Shown here piece after piece: positions 23,844 through 38,230 of a stretch of 64,000 nt of DNA. The stretch is from Rhina ancylostomus (taxonomy: Eukaryota): positions 45,576,293-45,640,292 of the forward strand of contig JARFYF010000002.1 in NCBI GenBank assembly GCA_030265395.1, read 5' to 3'. Each line of letters opens with the position of its first letter. Within the stretch, counting starts at the first letter, position 1. Made by a program: the position numbers and the translations under genes. Below the pieces are notes generated by a model. That model made no database searches. It was not told where the DNA came from and saw only the letters and a program-made list of their open reading frames with translations.

Positions 23844-24897
23844 CTATAATGGATGAAGGAAAAAGAGGAAAATAAACCTTTATTAATATCACAGGTAAGT
23901 ATATTAGACTATTACATTGTTTACGTAATTTTTAAAACATAAAGTTTCAAAATTCATCTATATAAAGCAAAATAATGAGTTATGATGTTGCAAAATTGTA
24001 ATTTATGAAATTCAATTCAAGATATTAGAATGGGGCAAGTTTATCTTTAAACAGAATAAAGTTGGCACATGGAACATCTGGGAATAGCATTTCCAAGCAA
24101 CACCAAAACATGCAACAAAATCTATTTGGGATCTAAAAAATTAATCAGACAGCTAAAATTAATCAAAATGGAATTTATATATTCAAGCCCTTTACAAATA
24201 AAGGGTTTGAATATAAAGATGAAAAAGATTTTTTCTCCAACTATACAAATTCCAGATGCCCATATCTGGATTAATATGCACAGTTCTAGGTACTGCACTT
24301 TTAAAAGATTGGGTTCAGCAGAAAATTTTCAAGGTTTCAGTGCCTAGATTATAAGAGAGAATGCATTGACTAGTTGAGTGTTACCTGGAAAGTCAAGATA
24401 TGAATCAATAAAGATTTTTTTTAGAATTTTGAGTGGTGTTGAATCAGAAATGAAGAGCAATCATTTCCACTGGTGGGAATGGACTAGAACAAGGGCTCAG
24501 AGAGAATTACTAAGCTGAAACCCCATGTTCTGTCTCTCAAGTGAATATAAAAGCTATTAGAAGATCTCCTGTGTTGTGCATAACCTTTCCCCATCAACCA
24601 ACACAAAATTGATCCTCCATTAATTTATTGTCTTTGGATCTTTGGTATGAGTAAATCAATCATCCTTAACAGTCACTCACAAGCATGATTTTGTCTCTGC
24701 AATCTTCCACCTTGGAAGGACCTTTCAATGTGATGAATCCCAAGGGGATGACTTCATCCATTGAACTCTTTTCTCTTTGATGCCCATTGAATTTTACCAG
24801 GGTTTCTTGATATCACATTTGGTCAAATGCTACCTTTTATATCAAGGATAGTCACTATCACCTCACACTCCTGTTGCCTGTTCTATATATTGATGGA

Positions 24898-25410
24898 ACA
24901 TAAAATAGGACAGCACAGAAACTGGGCCTTCAGCCCACAATGTGTGTGCCGCCCATAATGCCAATTTTAACTACATGTCTGCCTCCATTTTCTGATGGTT
25001 GATGTGTCTGTCTAAATGCCTCTTAAACATTGCTATCTTATGTGCTTCCACCACCACCCCTGGCAGTGCACTCTAGGCATCTACCACTTGCTGCAGAAAA
25101 AACCTGCCTGATAAATCTCCTTTAAACTTTCTCCCTCTAACCTCCACCTGTGCCCTCTAGTATTTGACATTTCTACCCTGGGAAAAAGTCTCAGGCAATC
25201 TACCCTTATCTACGCCTCTCATAATTTCATATACTTCTAAACAGACGCCCCTCAGCCTCCAGTGCTCCAGGGGAAGCAGTCCAAGTTTGTCCCAACTCTC
25301 CTTATAGCTAATAGTCTCTAATCAAGCCAACATCCTGGTGAACATCTTCTGTACCATCTTCAGAGCCTCCACATCCTTCCTGTAATGCGGTGACCAGAAC
25401 TGCACACAAG
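24898..25410 (-). mobile_element. CR1-clade LINE 3' end, reverse orientation
   Basis: Reverse complement of the CR1 ORF2 end and 3' UTR (gaccagaactgcacaca = CVQFWS; ctctccttatagc; tgccctctag). Confidence 0.85.
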
Positions 25411-28400
25411 TCATGTAGTTTTGTGTTAAATTGCAAAAATTAACATCTGTTTATTTTTAAAAAAGATTAAGAAGAGTTTGAGAATTAACCTTCCTCCTCT
25501 AAGCTACTCAGCATTTTTTTAATTAAAGCTGCATAAATAATAGTGCAAGTGCTAAAAATGATTCTGGGATAGATTCCACTAACTTGACAATAAAGCTAAT
25601 AAACAATGCATTACTGTGTTCTACTGAGAAAAAGTCACACCCGGCAAAGGCAGGATCAAAGGAGCTTAGAAATCTCATATGAAAATTGTCACCATTGATA
25701 CTTTTGTTTCTTTTCTTTCAATACTGATATAGTCTGTGGATAATATCTTAATGAATGAGTCATATCTTTTGTATACTAGAGCACAACTATGCCCCTACTT
25801 TATGTAATTTTATATTTTGGCAAAATCATCATTTTCCTAAGATATAGTTATTTCATCCTGTCTCATTTTAAATATACAGAGAATTAGAGACTTCCTCAGC
25901 ACCATTATTTAATATAATTAATTATAGCTTGGAAAATCTCACTAGCAGTGCACTAAGAATCTGGACTACCCATGAGTTACAAAGCAGTAGTTTTAGGTAT
26001 TTTGGATTTCCTTTGGCCTGTGAAGGTGTTGTACTTTATGGTTACCAAAACATTAAGGGTCTGCTAACCAATTATTACAAGTACAATATAGTTAAAATTG
26101 AATTGCCGCACGATGATCACATGTCACACATCCAATGCAGAGCTGACTGTTATGTGAAACTTGAAAGCGACTCCGCTAACAATATTCTTAATTTTACCTG
26201 TATTCAGTGTGCACATGTAACGCTGTAAATCACCCACCTTTCTTTTTTGTCTGAGGTTCAATTTCACCTAAACCAGAAAAAATCAAAATGAGCTGGAGTA
26301 ATCGTGTAGTGCAGACAAGCGCAATCTTGAAGAATGGAAAATGCCACACAAGTCTATAATCATCCAACAAAAAAAACATGTTAAAGATAACAATGGCTTT
26401 GTACAGTTAAGATTAGAATTCCAAAGTATTATTAAATGCTCTCCATTTTCTGCTATTTCCACAGAATGAGCATGCAACACAAAAGCATTTAAGCATCTCA
26501 ACATTTCCTCCTCAGAAAAGAATGAATTAAAATAATTAATGAAAGAAATCTACCTTTTCATGCCACTTTGGATTGTTATTAAAGAATAAGTCAACTATTT
26601 TTCATAATACTACATATTATCAGATTTGAAAAAGGAACTCAAATTTCTTTTATTAACTTCAAAGTTTAAAACAATTTATATTATCAATAGAAAATTAAGA
26701 GACCATTGTTTTAAAATAACATTTTTTGAAATATTCTAGAGTTCTAATCTACGTATTAACCATTTAACACCTCCTGTTGTTATAATTCACAAGAATCAAT
26801 CTATTTTGGGCATTGCAACAGTACAATTTGTGAGTATGATCCCCATCTCCCTCCACAGTGCACTGTAAATGCAAGCAGTGAAGACACCTTCAGTAGGAAT
26901 CTCACAGCTCCTCACCAACAAATGTAAAGTACCTCCTGAGCAGTGTGAAGCAATATTTATAAACAACCCAGATGGTTCTTGAATTTGCTGGGAATTGTAT
27001 AAACTTAGTTTAGAACCTTTTAAACTTCATTGGAAAAAGAATGCAAGATATATTCTATTTGTTTGCTTCTGAAGTATAACACGAGCCAATGTAATTGTCT
27101 GTACTCAGATACATTGAAAGCTGATGGCTTAGTATTGGATAGAATGTAATATACTGTAAGTGTGTGAGCTAAAGGCAGTCATGGGTTAACTACTGAAGGG
27201 AGTAACATAGAGTGCAATGTGAATAAGCAGCCTGAGAAAGATAAGAAGCTGGTATACTAGCAATGAACACTTCATGCTGAAATGAATTCAATGAACAAAT
27301 TCCAAAATGAATGTCTATGTTTAAGACAATTAAGTAAGGAGTGCTGTGGAAAGAAATCTTTAGTGGAATATTGGATTAACAAGATGACAATCCAAAGTAA
27401 CAATATTTTTGGGATTTTTCAGAATTATATACTGTAAATGTGGACAAATCTGGTTTGAGTCAGTTTTCAGACACAAGGGATAACACACCATTATATTTTA
27501 TGAGGAAAGGCGCATGTGGCAGAGAAAAGGTATAAAAATAGAATGCAAGGTACCTTTAGAAGAGTCTCCTAATCTGGAATGAACTGCATTGCTTACATTC
27601 CTGGTTACTGATGGGTATTTAACTTGTGAATGTTGCAGTCATATCAGAATTCTTGAATTCTCATACTGGTTCAGTATATTTTCATATTGTTTTCCATACA
27701 CATACAGATTAAGGTTTTTCTTCTTACAGTTTAAGTTGGCAGAGTCAGCAGCATAGCTTGGAATCTTCTTGTTGCATCACATGAGCCACAGACACTGGTC
27801 CAAAATGAAAATCTATTGCTTAACAGAAGCTAAAGAGTAATTTAGTTTTATGGTCTCTGTCTAACTATATTTTAATGATTCCAATCTGATTAGCCAATCG
27901 TGCCAGTCTCATTTAGAAATAATCACATTTTCAGGCACTTTCCAATTTGGCAAAAATCCCATTTATTTTTATTGCTGCTGTGGCCACGGGAATGGAAGTT
28001 ACCGACTTCCTGCTGCAGCAAAGGAACACTGAGCAGTTTTACTGAGTACTTCAATCAGCTCAAAGCCCACTGTTGCAGCTCAGACTCTGCTTCCTTGCGC
28101 AGTTACCTATTAGTGATTCACATGGTCTCATGGTACCACTTTGCAATATTCAATGATGTCCTAAGAATTCTGCTCCACTGCATATTACAGTCATTTTCTG
28201 CTACCAAACCTATCAAATTGCTCAATAACAATAATCTGCAATGATCCAAAGAACCAAAAGAGAAGCCAAAGGAAAAACGGGAATTTTTTTCAAGGAAGGT
28301 TTTTCTGCATGGTGTATTGGGGTACAGTGTATAGTGTGCTGGGGTATCTCCTGATTGAACTGAACATCAAGCAGAGGGTGTAATGGGTGGTTGATGTGAT

Positions 28401-29460
28401 TCTGCTCATTTTATGCCTTGCGGCAAATTTTAATCACAACTTCTGACCATAAGCCATTCATTTTCATAATATCCACTATTTTTCTTTTACTATTTAATAA
28501 TGTTTTAATTAATATTAAATATATTCAGTCATTGCTCTCTGTTTAGATCTCTGTTTTTGTAGAGAAACAGAGAAACACAGGGAGATATTAATACATTATC
28601 TAGTCTAATAATGCCAGAACCTTCATCAATTACTGAACCTATTTGATGGAATACCTCTCAGCTACACACAACAGTTTAAACCTAACAAGTAAACTGAGTG
28701 AACTAATCTAAAGAGAATTAAGGGTTAAGGGCACAAAGCAGGAAAGTGTTGAGTTGGACAATCAAACCTGATCATATTGAATGGTGGAACAGGCTCAAGG
28801 GGCTACAAGGCCTCCTGTTTTGTATTTCATATATCATGTTTCCTGCATTCAAATGGATAAATAAGTAAATAGACATATTGACTTAGGAATTCTTCAGCAT
28901 TGCTAAAAAGACAGTTTTGTTAAAAAGACTAAAAGGTTGTTGAGGGACATACCGATAATGATGTCAGTCATAAGCCTATCAATGCAAAATTCTCTAATGC
29001 CCAAGGCCTGAGGTACCAAGTACAGTGGAATATCTGTTGCACACTTATCTTCACACACTACAGAGATTACAAACAGAATANNNNNNNNNNNNNNNNNNNN
29101 NNNNNNNNNNNNNNNNNNNNNNNNNNNNNNNNNNNNNNNNNNNNNNNNNNNNNNNNNNNNNNNNNNNNNNNNNNNNNNNNNNNNNNNNNNNNNNNNNNNN
29201 NNNNNNNNNNNNNNNNNNNNNNNNNNNNNNNNNNNNNNNNNNNNNNNNNNNNNNNNNNNNNNNNNNNNNNNNNNNNNNNNNNNNNNNNNNNNNNNNNNNN
29301 NNCAGAGATCAGTATTGAAGGCTTGTTGGCAGAGATTAGAAGGTGTAGGAATCAGCATAATGGAGAGCAGATAATTTAGTAAAGAGTGTTGGACACTTGG
29401 TCTGGTATTCCACACTGGCTTAGGTTTTGCTCTAGGAAAGCCCCCTTTAAAACACACTGC

Positions 29461-29560
29461 TGCTCCTGAAGAAGGGTCCTGACCAGAAACGTTGACTGGC
29501 TGCTTTTCTCCATGGATGCTGCCTGGCCTGCTGAGTTCCTTCAGCATCATTGTGTTTTGC
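29461..29560 (+). repeat. Penelope-derived short repeat beginning with a hammerhead-like core
   Basis: CTGAAGA-AGGGTCCTGACCA-GAAA-CGTT-gactg followed by tccatggatgctgcctggcctgctgagttccttcagca. Confidence 0.7.
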
Positions 29561-30831
29561 ACTCTCACATTCACCCATCATCCCTTTGTTTGTTCTCACT
29601 TTCTTTTTCATCTCTGATCTTTCTTGATTCTATTTTTGCTTCTCTACACAACTCATTCTTCCAATTCTGTCCACTTTCTCATCCCCACACTTCTACTTCC
29701 TGTAAATGGGGACTGTGGCCTGACTAATGTAAACTTGAAAAATCTGAAACTACAGCACCTCAATTTTCTCTTTTGTCATAGCCTTAAAAATCAACTTCAT
29801 TTTTTTGATACTTCTGTAAGGTGCCTTGGAACATTTAACACCTTTGGAAGTATGGAAAGGGACACTGGTTAGGAGTACATTTTCTGACTGATATTCACTG
29901 AATCCTGTTGGAGAGTGTGAATGTATAGACACCAATACAGGATTGGATTGGGGTTAACAAAGATATTCCCAACAACAAATCTGACGGCCAGTATTAGTAC
30001 ATAAGGACTAATCAAATGAGTAAGTGAAGCATAAAGTGAAATGAAAGGCATTTTACAGCATAAAACAACCCACTTGCTGTGCTAAATTTCTTCTGTGACT
30101 TTCACAATTACATTCAATGATTTCATTTTAGCCACAGCATCTTTAGCCATAGCACATTTTTAGTAACATTTACTCCTATAAGTAGATGTAGATCAAAGTT
30201 CAAAATGCATGCGACATTCATCATATACATATGGTCATCACTGAATCTCACAAGACACCAAAATAGATAAAATGCATTTGATTTTCATTTCCACTCAAAG
30301 CACTGACTAAAACCTGGCTATTTAGAAAGAGAATATGGCATTCAAAAGGAAGAATGATAATTATAATCAGCAACTTCAAAGTGCACAGTGGCACCTTAAG
30401 CAAAAATCACTCCAAACATAATTGTTCTATTCACAGCATGTCCCAGGTGGCAATTTTTTCCTTCCCAATTTGAAGGAATATTGTGCAAAAGAACATGCTT
30501 TTTTGATTATGTTAAAACATGTTAAAACAAAATAGAATTATGGCTTATCTGGTATTACTCTCTCAGTAATCCAAACATGTTAATAAGGTTTTGGAACTGT
30601 CAGATTTGTTAATGTAGTTTCAGGAAATAAAGCATTAGATCATTTTCTTTATACAGTGGTGGGTTTAATGGAAAATAATTTGAAAACATATTTTTGCAAA
30701 AACTATGTGCCTCATTCCTTTTGGATTAGATAAAAAGTATCACTTTTGTTTTATCCAGTGCTCAAATAATTTAATCATTCTAAACTTTTGAACTATACAA
30801 TGTGCATCTGCTACATTCAAGTTCCCAATAC

Positions 30832-30975
30832 CTTCATCCATATCGTCATCGGGGTATTCTTTTGTTGATAATATATCAGACAGTAAAGATATAAAGCCAT
30901 AGATCCAATTTGAGGTATCCTCCACAGCCTCATCTATGACTTTCATAGGATCTGAGCTTAAATCTTTAAAACCTC
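30832..30975 (-). CDS. TRDN: Triadin exon (equivalent of exon 3): proximal luminal region
   Basis: ttcag|GAGG...GAAG|gtattg, 144 nt, phase 1-1. GGFKDLSSDPMKVIDEAVEDTSNWIYGFISLLSDILSTKEYPDDDMDE resembles triadin SDPLKLVRDAMEETTDWIYGFFSLLSDII followed by an acidic stretch. Confidence 0.94.
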
Positions 30976-33900
30976 CTGAATGCATATAAGGAAAGAGCAG
31001 TAAGAAATAAAGAACATGGTTCAGAGATTAAAAGGAGAAATCAAACATAAACAAGATCATTTATTGTGTGAACTTTCCTTTAGAGAGATGAACAAGTTAT
31101 TTATTTTTACCCATAAGTATTATATGTACATTTCATAACAATGCTGGGGAAATCTCTTTGAACTAGTTTACCAGATGCAATGGTAGAAATTAAAAAGCAT
31201 CAGGCACTTATTTTTATCTCCTGGTACATGTAAGTATGAATATTCACTCAATGAGTGAAGCCATAGTTTTTGATGAGAAATCTAATAATTTCACCAAGTA
31301 ACACAAAAGTCCTAAATTTATTTTGGAAACATATATAGATTATCTTGAGTTGAGTAGAAAACCAGTCAGAAGTANNNNNNNNNNNNNAAATAATAGAAAA
31401 TACCATTCATCAATTGGGAACTGGCAGAAACATCAGCAGTGTTTTTAGTCAGACTTGAAATTCATATTGCTTTGATTACACCAATGTAAATCCATTTATC
31501 CAGTGTTAATTTCTGTGAATATCTGCAAACATGACACAAAGTTTAATTCTTGAAATTCCATGGAGTATCTCTCTTCAAATGCATTTTAGAAATGAATTGA
31601 TTTGCTCAAGAATTTTCACAGATACAAATAAAAATCTGGAAATTCAATTGATTTGGCCACAATTGCTTTACACTGCTTGTTGAATAGGTTTTGTGACATT
31701 CTCTATATGATTTGGGTAATTTGGTAAATGAAGGAATGTTTAAGCCTAGAATGAGAAAACAGACCCTACAATTTACTGCAATAAGAAGTAATAGCATCAT
31801 GGGGTAGATTTGCATTGTCACCACTTGGACAATAACCTATGTAGTGGATCAACATGGTACAGAACATTCATACACCTCTCACCCTTCCCCCAGTCCCACC
31901 CATTTTCATTTTTGCTCCACTGATATCAGCTGAAATGTTGTATGACTAGTGAGTGATCTGCTACACCAGGCAATTAAAATGAAAATCCACTCCCATATGC
32001 TTTAAATCCATAGTGTTCACAGAACATACGCAGAAGAATTTATTGAAGGATTGAGGCCATCGCTACCTTCAGGGAAATGTAAAAATAACAACTTCCCTGA
32101 TATTCTGTGTGAAGCCTGAAAATATTTTTGCAAGCAAGCAAAGGCACTGCAAAGGCAAAAGCAGCAAAGCAAACACTGAGATGCAATTCATTTGGAGAAC
32201 GTGCATTTAACATTCACAAAACCAAAAACATATTTGTTAGTTTTTAAACATGCTAGGAACAAAGTAAAATTCCCTTATCTCTCTGAGCAGTCCATGGGAA
32301 CTGCCTAGAAATTCAGCCCCAGTCAGTAGTGCTAAATGCACTATACAATATCATCAGTATATTGTAATCTGTTTTGGAAATTCATTACCTTAACTTCACT
32401 GAATTTCTATGTGGTACAATCTGTTTCATTTCCAATTAGCCCATTTTGATGGAATGTAGGGATACTTTAGTACATTCCACAGTGTCAAAATAACCAGTCT
32501 GGAGAACATTTAACAATAAAATCAGACATAGATTGAGGAGTAAAATGCTTGCATGTCACGATTGATGAAATTCATAGTGCGAACATTTTAAATTCACATA
32601 ATTCATGTTCAATCCACTGCAAAAATACTTCCCTTCAAGGAATACAGATATTTATTGATTACACCTTTTTGTTAATGGTATGCCACAATATTTTATAAAT
32701 GTTTTACTTTGATTTGGGATGGAAGCTCAAGTGATAGAATTCCTTGAAGGCAATGCCAAAATTCTAATGAACAACATGAAACCAGTCCTTGCCTCTTGGG
32801 CTCTGTGCTTCCTTTAGTACTTTGCCGACACCAACTTGCTGTTTTCCTGTTAGGATGAGATGTATTAAGAAAGGGAGAGCAAAGAGTAATACAAACATGC
32901 ATCACAGGAAAAATCAAGAGAGATCATTTCTCTCCTGACACCAAACTCCTGGTGTCAGTGACAGCAGCTGAAAATGCAAAAAATACATAGCAAGCACATA
33001 GCCAACACTTTAGATAAAACATTAGGTCAAAGGAAGATAAAACTGAGATTTTAAAATTCAGTTCTACTTAGTTGATCAATCAGAGAGACCTCACTGTGTT
33101 ATTCATTAGACTCATTCATTCTGGGGCTTGCTAACAACTCAGATGCAACTGCTTTTTTAAAAAAAATATTGATAGATGCAGTAATGGTGCAGAGTTCCTG
33201 TTTTCAAGTTTAAGTAGAATGTGACATTTTATTTAATGAAGCAAATAAAATTACTTAATTTTACACTTCAGCATAAATTGTCAATTTTGTCTTTCAGCAA
33301 AACAGTGGGATGTCAGGTAAATCTACATTGTTCATATGTTTAACATTAATTATAGAATAATTAGAGAATACATTTAAAATTACACTTTCATTCACCATGT
33401 AAGGTTATAAATAATGTTTAATAATATGTGAAAGATTGGATACTTCAGCCTGCTAAAGATTGTGATAGACCCATGAGCACAAACCACAAATGGGGCATAT
33501 GCAGATCAGCAGCCTTTGGTCCTGATTCTGATAATCTATGATGATTGTGTCTGCACCCAATTGTGATACTTTCCCCAACAGCACAAACTCAAGTAATTTC
33601 AGGTATCCTATGCACAAATAAACTAACCTATGTTAATTCAAATCATGCTGTCATTTCTTAAAGAACATGAGTATTGAATCCAAACAATGCAAATAGTTTT
33701 TATGCAGCTTGGGGAGCATTATCTAGAGTCATGGATCTGCTGAACCACTTTCATTGAAGACAACAATTATCTTAGCCAGTGAGATGGACAGCACTGCACT
33801 TAAGAGGACAGGAAGACTCTGAGGCCAAACTGAAGCAGGAAAAGGAACCAGAGAAAATAATGGCCACCTCTAACTTCTTTGGGAGAAGATTCAGCCCTTT

Positions 33901-36900
33901 CTATATTTGGTGCATTTTGAGGAGTTTTAAGATGAGTGATTTTTTATTCATCAAGAAGGGAATATTACTCTCTGAATTCTTTGGCTAGAGTGACAAGCAA
34001 TGCCTGGAAATACAATAGCCTAGAATTTAGTTGGTGCTTGAAAGGGCATGCTAGATTGTTGTTGTGTACTGGACCAACATTTTTCCATGAGGTGTCACTA
34101 AGGAATTAAGCAATACACTACTCAAGATGTGGTCTTTCCAATGGCAGTTCACAATGCAGAGGATACAAAGAAATTCTGGTACATCTGGGCATGGATATAT
34201 ATGTCAGACTGCATGGGTGGCTAGCTTAAGAGTAGGGAGGGTTGGTGAGCCAATATGTTGTCAGGTCAATCAAGTGTTGTCGAGTTGTCAGAGTAGGTTT
34301 GTACATTGCAGATTGTGGGGGAGGCTTTGTTGCATCAGGGGTCAAGTCAGGGTTTGTACTGGCAGCAGAAGGGACTGGAGTCAATAGCTGAGGGGTAAAG
34401 GATTGCAATCATGGGAGTGGGGTCAGTAATCGAGGGTTGTGATTCACCATTGGGCAGTGGAGGATTGCAGTTAGGGATTTGATTGCTAGACAAGGCATAA
34501 AAAAGATGATAGAAGATAAATTTCCAAACAAGTATCTCCTAGGTAAATTTGAGCACTACCTGCGATCAATACAGATGTTACCAAGTAAGTTGGCTCAGAT
34601 CAGATCAAGATCACAGGGTGGAGGGTGGGGCAAGAGTTGCAAGCTTGAGAGGGAGCAATGGAGATGGATACCGAGAAAGTGAAGAAGAAAAATTTCCTGT
34701 GGAGCACCTTTAAGTCAAACTGAGGTAAACTTCGCAGGGACTGTGAAAATTTGCTTTATCATAAGTGGCCCTTAGAGGGCATGCGCCATGCACGCTTTAG
34801 CTGAAGATTATAGAAGTGGCATCCAGACATGTGTTCACATCATTTGATTCAACTATGTCTGTCCAGGGTTTTCTATGCATTTTGGTGCCAAAAGCATAGA
34901 TGACACAAAGTGGTAATTGTGCATTTTGTGATCAACTTGGTAAATCATCAATTTTGATATCATTTTAATTTTTACAGAAATTGGATCACCCAGCATGCCA
35001 AAAAGATTAGTAGTAATCAATATTATTTCAGATTCTGCAGATCTCTCCAAGGTGAATTTACAGAGCATATTATTTTTGTGAAATCATTTTGTACAAGAAC
35101 TCCTCAGCTAGCCTAATGATCTGGCAATCACTTAGATTAGAGATTATTCCATTAACCCATATATATGATATCATATTTCTGTATGTGTAATAGACAATCA
35201 AAAACAACGAAGATAAATGGTTATTCTAAAGTTGCTTTTAAGAGTAAAATAGGCATTATAATAAGCACATAAAGCTTGTTTCCAAATGTTTGCAGAAACA
35301 CAATTTTCTGTTTTATTTTTATGGATATTGATTATCAGGATCTAATGAAGGTGCATTGCTCCCCATATGATAACTTAGCTGAAAGAATTTTAACAAATTT
35401 GAAATGTATCCCTCTTAATGGAATTTATGCACTTATAGATCTAAAAAAACTGATTCAATGAATAATATTGGATATGATAATAATGAGATGAATACAAAAT
35501 CTGCAAAAATATTTTAATAGCTACTGTTTAAATAATTTGTTCAAGAGCCAAAACTAATGTAAGAATAAGGAATAAAAATAAAATTCATAAAGTAATCTTG
35601 CATCACTAGTACTGACATTGCAAAGCCTAATAAAACTATAGTTACTTTGTTTTTGCACAATCAGTTCACTGGGCTCAATATGCTGTAGTTCAGAATTACT
35701 TCTGACACCACCAACAGAAAAAGCTTATCAGAACTTTAAGGGTTAGTGACAGTAACAAGACAAATAACATGATGCATCACTTTTGAAGTCAAAGGTAAAC
35801 ACCAGTTTGTGTGAAATCAAATGTATTTGCATTTCAAAGAGGTGCTGCGAAAATAATGTTTTTTTCCCATTTTCAGTGTTTTTTTAATATACTTTAAAAT
35901 GTTAACACTCCTTCTCAGGGCAAAAAAGGTAGCAGATTTCAAATGTGTGTGCCATAATTGTCACAATGTTGATCCAGATCAAAGTCAAAGTCACAGAGAA
36001 CCCAAATGCAGCACACCAATNNNNNNNNNNNNNNNNNNNNNNNNNNNNNNNNNNNNNNNNNNNNNNNNNNNNNNNNNNNNNNNNNNNNNNNNNNNNNNNN
36101 NNNNNNNNNNNNNNNNNNNNATGGAATCCATGTGCTGGACAACAAGGCATTAATGGAGCCAAATTGAGGACCAGAACTCAGAACCATGACAATAATTTTG
36201 TGGCCCATCTTTGAGTTTATTTTTATAACTGGAGTATGATTTCAGAAAGCATTAGTAGTAACTAAAGTAATAAAGCAGATTGTTCCACAATTTACAGGAT
36301 CCCTTTCTTCTTTGAACTGGAAGCAATATTTTTCATAAAAAGATGAAACTTCAATTTCAATGGACTTTTCTGAGTGGGAATACACTGTCACATTTCTGAC
36401 ATTATAACAGTGACTATATTTCATTGACTGTAAAGTACTTTTAGATGTTCTGAGCTCATGAAAATCACCATATAAATGTGATGATTCAATCAATCATTTA
36501 ACTAATTGATTATATTAGTGTAGATTGACAGCCAAAATAGATTAATCAATGCCATACCTTTATCCATTCATCAAAGAAGAGATGAATATGATGGGATATT
36601 AAAGCATTAGAGGTCTTCCATAATTCTGGTAGCCTGAACAAGGAATACCATCAAATAAAGGTTATAGTTTCCTATATACCGCCATGATAATGGATAAAAA
36701 GTAAGCTGTGACTTAGAGTTTGGCTGGGAGAGTTTGATTACACTTGTGTTATGAAAATAGGATATATAACTTTCATTGTTCAGGGTTTTAATTTGTTAAT
36801 TGCATAGATACATAGATAGTATGAAGCAACTTAGAAGAGAATATGAGGCATTGCAGTACAGGGAGAAATGTATTGATCTGGGAAATCATTTACAGATTTT

Positions 36901-37912
36901 GCTGATTAATGAATGATTCTAAGGCTGAAAACAGTTGAAGAAACTCAGAAGGATAAGGTGTTTTCAGGTTTGTTCATCAGTCCCATGGATCAAGGAGGAA
37001 GGCGAGTCTGCAATACATGGCATAGCAAAGGATGTATCACAGAAGATTCACAGTTCATGGCTGGTACTAAGCAAGTGCATAATGGAGGACATGGAAATAA
37101 ATAACTACCCATCAGTGCTCAGGAAAGCACTGAGGAAGAAAGTTAATTCCCCACTTATAAAATCTAAATTTATAAATGCATAATATCCTGTTTAGTCACA
37201 TTGGATGTTTAGGGAGCAGGTCTGCACCATCCCTCGTGTGGAATCAGCTGGTTCATATAAGATGGGGATATGGGTGACAAAGGTTTCGGAGAATGAAAAG
37301 TCCTTACCGAAGAACAAAAGAATAGTATCTGAGGTAATTCATATGTTATAGGAACAGGTTTACTCAGAGTCTAAACATATGCATTGTTAGCTTTTATGCA
37401 CCAGAGTAAAGCCTCACTGCCACAGTTGAAAAGTTCTTTGATCTTTACCTATGAAGAGATAACTTAAAAGACAGACAATTTTTAGTTGAAATAGCTCTGC
37501 ATATTTTTAAAAGGAAAACTTTTGAGTGTTTTCACAGACAGGAAGAGTTTAGAAATGTTGCAAAAAAACTCACAAACCACCTGATTTCACATGACTCCAT
37601 ATGGCTAGGGCTCAACTTCTGCAAATTGAACAAAGCTATCTAGCCAGAAGGTCTGCCTATGTGGCCACCTTAAGCAGCTGCATGATTCATATTTGCCTTC
37701 ATATCAACAAATGTTTGCTTGGTCATTTCAATATCTGGTTCAGGTCACAAGTGGATGCTAATGGCTTGTTCAAGCAAGTATGGAGAAGTATAAATGGAGA
37801 ATATTGGGATTAGTGATGGATTAGTGTAGATGGGTGCTGATAGCATAATCATGGTGGGTTGTGCTACGTTTCATATTCTTTTATATTATAGTTTGGTTCA
37901 TATTTTCCTTAA

Positions 37913-38230
37913 GACATGGAAGAAGGCCGTTTGGTCCATCAAGTCTATGCTGGCTCTCAGAGCAATCCCATCAATCCCTATCCTCCTATATATTCTCCCA
38001 GCATCACATTCTCCCTATGCCCATCAATTCCTCCCCCGATTTTCCTGCCACTGCCTACATAGGGATAATTTACAGAAGTCATTTAACCTACCAGCACATC
38101 TTTTGTGATATGAGAGGAAAGTGGAACAGCCACATGGAGAACTCCACACAGACAGCACCAGGGATCAGGATTGAATCTAGGTCACTGGAGCTGTGAGGCA
38201 GAAGTTTAATTGGCTGCATTTCTGCTAATG
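37913..38230 (-). mobile_element. V-SINE/HE1-like SINE with CR1-type tail, reverse orientation
   Basis: aggccgtttggtccatc (CR1-type tail), actccacacagacagcacc..ggattgaatc (B-box reverse complement), ctggagctgtgaggcag. Confidence 0.7.

Noticed and set aside
23885-23902. Plus-strand cacag|gtaagt near micro-exon A as a sign of an antisense transcript
   Set aside because: A single motif with no supporting exon structure.
25489-25505. Possible 9-nt exon encoding EEE
   Set aside because: No polypyrimidine tract before the AG.
26925-26950. Possible 3-nt micro-exon (ctcag|GAG|gtactt)
   Set aside because: Weak donor; expected by chance in tens of kb of intron.
32936-32959. 9-bp hairpin CTGACACCA/TGGTGTCAG
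   Set aside because: Short enough to arise by chance in 64 kb.
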